A stretch of 45,009 nucleotides of DNA from an uncultured archaeon. Its GTDB lineage: Archaea; Thermoproteota; Nitrososphaeria; Nitrososphaerales; Nitrosopumilaceae. The position numbers and the translations under genes were made by a program. The stretch covers positions 1 through 45,009 of the forward strand of contig CATMRH010000001.1 of assembly GCA_950073955.1 (NCBI GenBank), read 5' to 3'. Below are positions 26,107 through 33,970 of the stretch, piece by piece. The notes under the pieces were generated by a model that was given only the letters and a program-made list of their open reading frames with translations, was not told where the DNA came from and did not search any database. Position 1 is the first letter of the stretch. Each line of letters opens with the position of its first letter.

Positions 26107-26178
26107 ACAGTAGTTTGAAAATTGTAGATGTTAAATCTTTCAATAATTCTGAAGTTTAGAAAATTTAATGAATTTTCA

Positions 26179-26334
26179 TTAAAATCCTGATGCTTTGGTA
26201 AAGTTTGTAAGATACTTTTTGTCCTTATTTTTGAATAATTTGTAGTGCTCTTTGCATAGATTTCTAGTTTCTTTAAAACTAATTTTTACTGTTTTTTTTG
26301 CTTTTAATTTACACTCTGATATGCTACATTGCAA
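26179..26334 (-). CDS. 51-aa small zinc-finger protein not in the ORF track
   Basis: TTG start; MQCSISECKLKAKKTVKISFKETRNLCKEHYKLFKNKDKKYLTNFTKASGF with C-x4-C...C-x2-H. Confidence 0.75.
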   Translation of the reverse strand: MQCSISECKLKAKKTVKISFKETRNLCKEHYKLFKNKDKKYLTNFTKASGF

Positions 26335-26425
26335 TATGGAAAATAGTCTATATTTACTAATAAAACTTTGAAATTATGTTATTACCTCCTACTAACTTTT
26401 TATCATTGTATTATTTCGAAAAACT

Positions 26426-26617
26426 ATGAATGATGATGAGAAAGGAAAACAATTTTTAGAATTAATTGATGAGCAAAATAATCTTCAGTGGAACATTGTT
26501 GCAAAATTATCTTCTTTGATAAGCTCAAAATGGAATTCTATTGAATTACAAAACGAGCTTGAAACATTAGTAGAAAAATATTCTAAAATCACTAAAGAAC
26601 TTGAAAGTCTTGATTAG
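26426..26617 (+). CDS. Small helical hypothetical protein
   Basis: 63-aa ATG ORF with TTTTATC box about 25 nt upstream; helical-hairpin-like composition. Confidence 0.7.
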   Translation: MNDDEKGKQFLELIDEQNNLQWNIVAKLSSLISSKWNSIELQNELETLVEKYSKITKELESLD

Positions 26618-26629
26618 AATTGCAGTATT

Positions 26630-27559
26630 TTATAGTGCAGAGTCTACCATTAATGCAATAAACAATACTGCCAAATAAGGACTAGAAAATTTAAACAAAG
26701 TCCATGAAGCGTTTTCGATAGGCTTTACTATAACCCATATTGATAATGCCAACATTAATGCACCTGATGCAATTGCAGTCCATAGATATACTCCTCCTAC
26801 CATATTTTCACCACTTTCTGTTATTATGAAGAATGGGGCAATTGAAAACAAGACCATTACAACAGTCGAACCTGCAATTACTCTTGCAGATGTTTTTTCA
26901 GATTGTACTGCAGTTAACATTGGAACATTTACTTTGATATAATCATCTTTGAAATGTAAGGTCAAAGCCCAAATATGCATTGGAATCCAAATAAACACTA
27001 ATCCTGCCATTGCAAGACCCATCGTCCACAAATCTGTCATACTTACAGCTACCCATCCAATCAAAGGAGGTGCACCTCCACACAAACCTCCTAAAATTAT
27101 GTTTGTCCTTGATCTTCGTTTTAACATATACGAGTAAACTAGAATATTATTTATCAATGCAAATGCAATGAATGTAGTTGCCCATGCACCTTGTTCCAAT
27201 GTTGTAGTGAACGAAATTCCAAATGCTAAAACTAACGATATTCCAGCTAATACTAATCCAAAATTCCTTGCTTTTTCTGCTGGATAGATTCTCTTTGATG
27301 GAAGAGGTCTATCTTTTGTTCTTTCCATTATTGCATCAATATCTCTATCATGATAGTTAGTCAAAGTGTTAGCAGCAGCGGAACCGGCTGCAACTGAAAA
27401 TAACATTAACATCCATGTAGCTGGAGAAATTTCAATATCATAAATATTGGATGCAGTTAACGCTGCACCAAATGCAGTAAACACTAGTAAATACCAGATC
27501 TTTGGCTTTGTTAATTCGTAGTATACAGCAACACGGGATTCTGACTTAATTTTTTGCAA
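26630..27559 (-). CDS. ctaB: Protoheme IX farnesyltransferase (heme o synthase)
   Basis: ELTKPKI, DRDIDAIMERTKDRPLPS, LKRRS, PPLIGW, WIPMHIWAL, DY...VPML. Confidence 0.96.
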   Translation of the reverse strand: MQKIKSESRVAVYYELTKPKIWYLLVFTAFGAALTASNIYDIEISPATWMLMLFSVAAGSAAANTLTNYHDRDIDAIMERTKDRPLPSKRIYPAEKARNFGLVLAGISLVLAFGISFTTTLEQGAWATTFIAFALINNILVYSYMLKRRSRTNIILGGLCGGAPPLIGWVAVSMTDLWTMGLAMAGLVFIWIPMHIWALTLHFKDDYIKVNVPMLTAVQSEKTSARVIAGSTVVMVLFSIAPFFIITESGENMVGGVYLWTAIASGALMLALSIWVIVKPIENASWTLFKFSSPYLAVLFIALMVDSAL

Positions 27560-27561
27560 TA

Positions 27562-28029
27562 TTAGCCACTATCCTGTAATGAAACATATGGCATTATTTT
27601 AGTTCGTGATTTCATCTCAATAAATGACTCTGAAGACTGAACTCCGTCAATCCTGCCAATTTTTTCAGAGACTATTTTATGCATTTGCTCTAGCGATTTT
27701 GAATACATAGTTACCAATATATCAAATCTACCTGTAACTTCTGCAATCTCTCTAACTCCATCAATCTTGAATAGTTCCTCAATTATATGATCGCGTTTTT
27801 TTGAATCCATATTAATTCCAGTTAATGCCTTAACATTGAAACCAAGCTCAGCATCATTAACAACAATTGTAAAACGTTCAATTAATTTTCTTTTGACTAA
27901 TCTTTTGATTCTTGAATATATTACTGATGAGTTAACATCAATCTTTTTTGATAAACGTGGAACCGAAATTGATGCATCATTAGATAATTCTGATAAAATT
28001 TGTAAATCTAAATTATCTACTATTACCGT
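27562..28029 (-). CDS. Lrp/AsnC family transcriptional regulator; full-length frame begins at ACG
   Basis: Frame is open 73 codons upstream of the listed ATG 27810 and encodes the HTH (VDNLDLQILSELSNDASISVPRLSKKIDVNSSVIYSRIKRL); C-terminal EVTGRFDILV; AGGTG just upstream of ACG. Confidence 0.88.
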   Translation of the reverse strand, partial: TVIVDNLDLQILSELSNDASISVPRLSKKIDVNSSVIYSRIKRLVKRKLIERFTIVVNDAELGFNVKALTGINMDSKKRDHIIEELFKIDGVREIAEVTGRFDILVTMYSKSLEQMHKIVSEKIGRIDGVQSSESFIEMKSRTKIMPYVSLQDSG

Positions 28030-28100
28030 TCAAAACACCTGAGTCGATCTAGATTTCTTGTTCTTATAAAGCTATTATTGTAAAAATTACAAAAAATAGT

Positions 28101-29177
28101 CTAAATCTTACCTTTTTTGTATAGCATTTCTGCCAGCAAAACTGCACCTTTTGCAGAACCCATCTTCTTGTTATGTGAGAACAATATGTATTTGAGTCCA
28201 TGATCAAACAGTTCCTCTTTTTCTACTCTTCCAATTGTTGTAGTCATTCCGCCGCCAACAGATCTTTCCATTCTTGGTTGAGGTCTTGTTGGATCTTCAT
28301 GAAACGCATAGTATTTTTCTGGAGCTGAAGGCAATCCTTGAACTGAAATATTCTGATTGTAAGAATTGTAAAGTTCTTTGGCTTTTGCAGGATCAATCTC
28401 ACTTGAAGTTTCTACAAAGACAGATTCAGTATGTCCATCAATTATAGGAACTCTAGTACAGGTACAGCTGATCCTAATGTCTGCGTCCTCAATTTTACCA
28501 TCCTTGAGTTTTCCTAAAATCTTTCTTGTCTCGGTTCTAACCTTTTCTTCCTCTTTTGGAATGTATGGTATGATATTATCGGTAATTCCCATTGCAGATA
28601 CTCCTGACCTTCCACCCCCAGAGATTGCCTGCATTGAGGTCATCATGACCTTTTTTACTCCATATTTATCAAGTAATGGTTTTAGTGTAATTGCTAAACC
28701 TGTAGTAGTACAGTTTGGTAGAGGAGCTACCCAACCTTTCCAGTTACGGTTCTTCTTTTGAGTTTCAAGTAATTCAGCTTGGTCGTCGTTAATACCTGGA
28801 ATAAGAATTGGGACATCTTCTTCATATCTGTATGCAGAACTAGTTGAAATTACTGGCAAGTCTGCTGCCATTTTAGTTTCAATATCTCTTGCAGCTACAG
28901 ATTCTACTGCTGAAAATACTAGATCTAATTGTGACACGTCAAGATCATCAATTTTTTTGACGGTCATTGACTTGATGTATTCCGGTATTTCTCCGTCAAC
29001 ATCCCATGCAATAATTCCGCTTGCATCTTTGATCGCATCAAGATAGTCCTTGCCTGCTGAACGCTCAGAAGCTGCAATTTGAGTTACCTCAAACCATGGG
29101 TGATTCTCTAAAGATTGGACAAATTCTTGTCCTACGGAACCTGTTACTCCTATAATTGCAACTCTTTTCTTATCCAT
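28101..29177 (-). CDS. asd: Aspartate-semialdehyde dehydrogenase, archaeal type
   Basis: GVTGSVGQ, AASERSAGK, PNCTT, QAISGGG, CTRVPIIDGH, RPQPR, SHN...GSA. Confidence 0.95.
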   Translation of the reverse strand: MDKKRVAIIGVTGSVGQEFVQSLENHPWFEVTQIAASERSAGKDYLDAIKDASGIIAWDVDGEIPEYIKSMTVKKIDDLDVSQLDLVFSAVESVAARDIETKMAADLPVISTSSAYRYEEDVPILIPGINDDQAELLETQKKNRNWKGWVAPLPNCTTTGLAITLKPLLDKYGVKKVMMTSMQAISGGGRSGVSAMGITDNIIPYIPKEEEKVRTETRKILGKLKDGKIEDADIRISCTCTRVPIIDGHTESVFVETSSEIDPAKAKELYNSYNQNISVQGLPSAPEKYYAFHEDPTRPQPRMERSVGGGMTTTIGRVEKEELFDHGLKYILFSHNKKMGSAKGAVLLAEMLYKKGKI

Positions 29178-29259
29178 AATTGAATAGTTGATCGCCTTCA
29201 ATTAATAATCGTTTTTCAGACTACCAAAAGATACTATATCCCTTGTTTCTACTGGAACT

Positions 29260-30339
29260 GTGAAAATAAGGATAAAGCGCAATATTGCAAAACATAATCC
29301 TGTAGCTCACGGAGGTAGATTCTCTGTAGATAATCTAGATTCTAGTATTGTAGATTTCAGCTCAAACATTAGTCCTGCTGGAATGCCTACTTCTGTCAAA
29401 TCAATCTTGAAAAGAAGACTGGATCAAATGGAATACTATCCAGATTCACATTCTAGTGATTTAATATCTAGCCTCAAAAAATACACTAGATTACCAGAAT
29501 CAAACCTAATTGTTGGAAATGGCTCAATTGAGATAATCTATAATTTCTGTAGTGCGTTTTTATCAAAAAAACGTATTTTGATTCCCGCACCCACATTTGG
29601 TGAATATGAGGCTGCAGCAAAACTTGCTGATTGTAAAATTACTTTTTTTAAAACAATGAATCTTGCTGAAAATCTTGATTCTTTTATTTCTCAAATTCCT
29701 GCAAATGGATGTATCTTTGTTTGTAACCCAAATAATCCCACTGGAACTATTTTATCTAAAAAACAACTGATTAAAATTCTGCTATCTGCTAAACGTAAAT
29801 CTTGTCTTGTATTTGTTGATGAATGCTTTATTGAGCTGGTTCCACAATCAAATCAATCTATACTAAATTTAGTAAAAACATATGATAATCTCTTTGTACT
29901 AAGATCACTTACTAAATCATTTGGTCTAGCTGGTATTAGAATTGGATATGCAGGAGCTTCAAAACAAATTATAGATATTCTACAAAAGATAAAAATTCCT
30001 TGGAGTGTTAATGCTTTAGCTCAAGAGGCAGGCATAATTGCAATCCAAAACAAATCACATCTTATTGAATCAAAATCTATCATAAAAAAAGAATCTCGTT
30101 TTCTTAAAAACAAGATTGCTGATATACAAGGCTTTCAATGTCATAACTCTTCAACTAACTTTATTTTGATTAAAATAAAACAAGACTCTACAAAACTACA
30201 AAGAAAATTACTAAAACACAAAGTTTTGATTCGAGATTGTAAAAGCTTCCATGGCCTAAACAACCATTACATTAGAATTGCAATAAAGTCTCACAAAGAT
30301 AATCTAAAACTAGTAGAAGCATTGGAGTTAGAAGCATGA
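29260..30339 (+). CDS. cobD: L-threonine-O-3-phosphate decarboxylase (PLP-dependent)
   Basis: HGG, DFSSNISP, GNGSIE, CNPNNPTG, VDECF, RSLTKSFGLAGIRIGY; first gene of the cob cluster. Confidence 0.9.
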   Translation: MKIRIKRNIAKHNPVAHGGRFSVDNLDSSIVDFSSNISPAGMPTSVKSILKRRLDQMEYYPDSHSSDLISSLKKYTRLPESNLIVGNGSIEIIYNFCSAFLSKKRILIPAPTFGEYEAAAKLADCKITFFKTMNLAENLDSFISQIPANGCIFVCNPNNPTGTILSKKQLIKILLSAKRKSCLVFVDECFIELVPQSNQSILNLVKTYDNLFVLRSLTKSFGLAGIRIGYAGASKQIIDILQKIKIPWSVNALAQEAGIIAIQNKSHLIESKSIIKKESRFLKNKIADIQGFQCHNSSTNFILIKIKQDSTKLQRKLLKHKVLIRDCKSFHGLNNHYIRIAIKSHKDNLKLVEALELEA

Positions 30340-31175
30340 AATCTTTGATGGTTCAGGGAACCACTTCTGGTGCTGGCAAAACTACATTAGTTGCAGCATT
30401 ATGCAGAATATTTTCTGACAAAGGCTATAGCGTGGCTCCATTCAAGTCGCAAAATATGTCTAACTTTGGCTATGCCACGCCTGATTTTGAGATATCTCGC
30501 GCTCAGGCAATTCAGGCGATAGCTGCAAGATGCCAAATCACGCCAGATCTTAATCCTATAATGCTCAAACCATTGGGAAATTACTATAGTCTAGTCTATC
30601 TTAACGGTAAGCGTTACAAGAAAATGCATGCAAAGGAATACTATGCAAAATTTGTAAAATCAAAAGGAATCAAAGCCGCAACTGATTCTTTATCTAGACT
30701 CAAGAAAAATTATGATTTGATAATTTTAGAGGGAGCGGGTTCCCCGGCTGAAATCAATTTACAAAAATATGATATTGCAAATATGCAAATTGCTCAGAAA
30801 GCAAATGCATCTGTTTTGTTAGTATCCGATATTGATAAGGGAGGATCTTTTGCAAGTATTGTCGGAACTATGGCACTAATTGAGAAAAAATATCAAAAAC
30901 TAGTCAAGGGATTTGTATTTAACAAGTTTCGTGGAGATATTGATATACTTAAGCCCGGATTTAGAAAACTAAAACAAATCACAAAGATTCCTGTTTTAGG
31001 AACTATTCCAATGATCAAGATGAATCTACCTGAAGAGGATTCACTTGATGCAAAACCAAAAGAGATTGCTTGGACCAAAAATAATATTGCTAAAATAGAC
31101 AAAGAATTAGACAAGTTAGCAAAAACTGTAACAAACAATTTAGATATCAAAACAATTGAGAGTATGATAAAATGA
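30336..31175 (+). CDS. cobQ: Cobyric acid synthase lacking the C-terminal glutamine amidotransferase domain
   Basis: QGTTSGAGKT, PFKSQNMS, LNPIMLKP, EGAGSPAEINL, DIDKGG, NKFRGD, LPEEDS; only 279 aa. Confidence 0.93.
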   Translation: MKSLMVQGTTSGAGKTTLVAALCRIFSDKGYSVAPFKSQNMSNFGYATPDFEISRAQAIQAIAARCQITPDLNPIMLKPLGNYYSLVYLNGKRYKKMHAKEYYAKFVKSKGIKAATDSLSRLKKNYDLIILEGAGSPAEINLQKYDIANMQIAQKANASVLLVSDIDKGGSFASIVGTMALIEKKYQKLVKGFVFNKFRGDIDILKPGFRKLKQITKIPVLGTIPMIKMNLPEEDSLDAKPKEIAWTKNNIAKIDKELDKLAKTVTNNLDIKTIESMIK

Positions 31176-32143
31176 TTCTAGAGCCTATTGTAATTGTTGC
31201 ATTTGCATTAGGAATAGACTTTGTATTCGGAGATCCTAAGAATAGATATCACCCAACTGCATGGATTGGAACACTAATTGCAAAGCTAACACCACTAGCT
31301 AAAAATCAAAATACGTATGTTGAAAAACTTGGAGGAATCTTTGTAGTTGCAATAACTGTAGGAGTTGTAGTTACATTACTTTCAATTTTAGATACTGGAA
31401 TTTCATTACTTACAACTGATTGGGTAACCATTGTTGTTTCAGGTGTAGTTGTAGTAATACTACTCAAGACCACTATTGCTATTCGTGGAATGGAAAAACA
31501 TGCCAAAGCAGTATTGGAGTCACTTGACCAAAACAATCTCGACATGGCTAGAACAAATCTATCCATGATTGTTAAAAGAAATACCAAAAATTTGGATAAA
31601 AATCACGTTATTTCAGGCGTACTTGAAAGCATCAGCGAAAATACTGTAGACGGGATTACTGGACCTCTATTCTATTTTGCTCTTTTTGGATTACCTGGAG
31701 CATTTGTGTATCGAGTAATCAATACCGTAGATTCAATGATTGGATACAAGACTGATATTTTCAAAAATGTAGGATGGTTTGGGGCAACTTGTGACACAAT
31801 TTTAAATTATATTCCGTCTAGGCTTACAGGATTAGTAATGATTATTTCAGCAGCTATTTTACAAAACAATTGGAAGGAATCATACAAAATAATGATTAGA
31901 GATGGTAAAAAAACTGAAAGTCCTAATGCAGGATATCCTATGGCTGCACTTGCAGGAGCACTTGAAACAAAGTTTGAAAAGATAAATCACTACAAGTTAG
32001 GCAATGGCGAAATTATACTAACAACAGAACATGTAAACTCTGCACTTACAATGATGAAACTTACTTCAATTCTTTTCTTTGGTCTGGTAATCATTCCAAT
32101 AATTACTATTTTATCACTAGTCGGATGGTGGATTCATGCTTAA
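31172..32143 (+). CDS. cbiB: Adenosylcobinamide-phosphate synthase
   Basis: GDP...HP, ESISENTVDG, YRVINTVDSMIGY, SPNAGYPMAALAGAL. Confidence 0.95.
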   Translation: MILEPIVIVAFALGIDFVFGDPKNRYHPTAWIGTLIAKLTPLAKNQNTYVEKLGGIFVVAITVGVVVTLLSILDTGISLLTTDWVTIVVSGVVVVILLKTTIAIRGMEKHAKAVLESLDQNNLDMARTNLSMIVKRNTKNLDKNHVISGVLESISENTVDGITGPLFYFALFGLPGAFVYRVINTVDSMIGYKTDIFKNVGWFGATCDTILNYIPSRLTGLVMIISAAILQNNWKESYKIMIRDGKKTESPNAGYPMAALAGALETKFEKINHYKLGNGEIILTTEHVNSALTMMKLTSILFFGLVIIPIITILSLVGWWIHA

Positions 32144-32861
32144 AGAAATTAGTTCTGTTTTTTCTTTCCTGACAATCTTTCCATCATCAAATGCAAGCCT
32201 GGAAAATACTGCAAAATACATGTATCTTTTTCCTATTGTTGGAATTGTAATTGGACTCTTAGTTGGCTCTTTTGGTTTTGGATTATCTTTCCTTTTAGAT
32301 CCTTTACTAGTTAGCTTGTTAGTAGTTGCTTCTATTGCAATTGTTACTGGAATTCATCATGCAGATGGTTTGGCTGATTTTGCTGACGGGCTTATGGTAA
32401 AAGGAAGCAAAGATAGAAAGCTAAAAGCAATGAAAGACCTTTCTACGGGTTCCGGAGGAATTGTTGCAATTGTTTTGTATCTTGTCGGTCTGATAATAAC
32501 AATTTCTCTCACAAGCGGATTTGATTTGTTTAGGGCAATTCTGATTAGTGAAATTTTGGCAAAATTCTCAATGGTGCTAATGGCTAGTCTGGGAAACTCA
32601 GCCTCACTAGGCTCAAATTCTCCTTTTGTTAAGATTATGAAAGATAAGAAAAAACTTTCAGCTGCATTCATCATTATGTTAATTCCAGTAATTGCTATTG
32701 GCGAAACTACTGGGCTAGTAATGCTTGGAGTAACTGTCACTCTAACCTTATTTCTTCTAGCAATATCTAATCGTAGTTTTGGTGGAATTACGGGTGATGT
32801 TCTTGGTGCTACAAATGAACTTACAAGATTGGCTTCTCTGATAGTATTTGTATCGATATGA
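32136..32861 (+). CDS. cobS: Adenosylcobinamide-GDP ribazoletransferase (cobalamin synthase)
   Basis: FLTIFP, TGIHHADGLADFADG, MKD...G, GGITGDVLGA. Confidence 0.95.
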   Translation: MLKEISSVFSFLTIFPSSNASLENTAKYMYLFPIVGIVIGLLVGSFGFGLSFLLDPLLVSLLVVASIAIVTGIHHADGLADFADGLMVKGSKDRKLKAMKDLSTGSGGIVAIVLYLVGLIITISLTSGFDLFRAILISEILAKFSMVLMASLGNSASLGSNSPFVKIMKDKKKLSAAFIIMLIPVIAIGETTGLVMLGVTVTLTLFLLAISNRSFGGITGDVLGATNELTRLASLIVFVSI

Positions 32862-33442
32862 TTGGTCTTGTGATGGCTGGCGGTAAAGGCGTTCGCATGA
32901 ATTTAGATAATGAAAAACTATTACTCAAATACAAAAAACCCATTATTCTTCATGTAATTGACTCATTAAAAAATTCAAATTGTTTTTCAAAAATTTTAGC
33001 TATTACTAGTTCTAATTCACCTAAAACAAAAACGTTATTGCAAGAAAATAATGTTGAAACTTTTGATACCCCTGGAATTGGTTATGTAAAAGACCTAAAT
33101 CTAGCACTTAAAACTATCAGTGATGTAGTTTTAGTTACTTCTGGTGATTTGCCATTATTAGATAAAGAAATTATACAAAAAATTGTAAATCAATTTGACT
33201 CTCAAAATATTTGGACTAGTATTCTTGTCACAAACAAATTCTTAACTACTCTTGGAATTGAATCTGATTATTCTGTAAATTTTGATAATCAAATATGTCA
33301 TTATACTGGAATTTCTTTAGTTGATTCAAAAAAAATCTCCTCACTTGAAAATTTAGAAGAAAATTATATTATAATTGATGATAAGAGAATTGCGTTTAAT
33401 CTAAATACAAAACAAGATTATGATTTACTCAGCACTACCTAA
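32858..33442 (+). CDS. cobY: GTP:adenosylcobinamide-phosphate guanylyltransferase, archaeal type
   Basis: MAGGKGVRM...EK, TPGIGYVKDL, SGDLPLL, NLNTKQD. Confidence 0.92.
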   Translation: MIGLVMAGGKGVRMNLDNEKLLLKYKKPIILHVIDSLKNSNCFSKILAITSSNSPKTKTLLQENNVETFDTPGIGYVKDLNLALKTISDVVLVTSGDLPLLDKEIIQKIVNQFDSQNIWTSILVTNKFLTTLGIESDYSVNFDNQICHYTGISLVDSKKISSLENLEENYIIIDDKRIAFNLNTKQDYDLLSTT

Positions 33443-33622
33443 AATTTTACCATTTATCTTGGCTTTTGATCCTGTTGGTTCCGTAATTGTGTTGCCACAG
33501 GAATTGCATGCAACTGTCGTTGATGCATGTGAATAAACTATTTGAGGTTCACCACATTCATCGCAGTTAACTTTAAGAAATTTGCTAGATGGTTCTGGAA
33601 TTTCAATATGATCTTTTTTCAT
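33425..33622 (-). CDS. rps27e: 30S ribosomal protein S27e
   Basis: PSSKFLKVNCDEC...QIVYSHA...CNSCG...PTG. Confidence 0.97.
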   Translation of the reverse strand: MKKDHIEIPEPSSKFLKVNCDECGEPQIVYSHASTTVACNSCGNTITEPTGSKAKINGKILGSAE

Positions 33623-33900
33623 GCTGCCACCAACTCAAACTTCTTAATTCTAATGCCTGGTTTATTGTATTTCTTTTTACACACAGTACATGTCATAATA
33701 GGAGTAACTTTTTTTGTAACTTTGGCTGGTTTTGCTAGTTTTGGGAATTTCTGTCCACCGTATCCATGTTTACGTTCTTCATGTCGGCGTTCACCTCTAG
33801 CAGAACCACGTCTTTTTCCAGCTTTGTAAATGGAGACCTTTTGTTCAGTATGTGTTTTACATTTCGGACAATACTTTCTCATCACCTTTGGAATGTTCAT
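33619..33900 (-). CDS. rpl44e: 50S ribosomal protein L44e
   Basis: YCPKCKTHT, GYGGQ, KVTKK, CTVC. Confidence 0.98.
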   Translation of the reverse strand: MNIPKVMRKYCPKCKTHTEQKVSIYKAGKRRGSARGERRHEERKHGYGGQKFPKLAKPAKVTKKVTPIMTCTVCKKKYNKPGIRIKKFELVAA

Positions 33901-33970
33901 ATCAACAAAACCTCTTCAACCGTAATTTAAGCATTGAATCTATAATAGATGCAAAACCCAATTAATAACC

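Noticed and set aside
27836-28042. 68-aa plus-strand ORF
   Set aside because: It is the antisense shadow of the Lrp/AsnC HTH domain.
28101-29177. Malonyl-CoA reductase, which is an Asd paralogue in Sulfolobales
   Set aside because: Motifs fit ordinary archaeal Asd and nothing in the neighbourhood points to carbon fixation.
33425-33442. 18-bp convergent overlap of cobY and rps27e
   Set aside because: Short 3' overlaps are routine in compact genomes.
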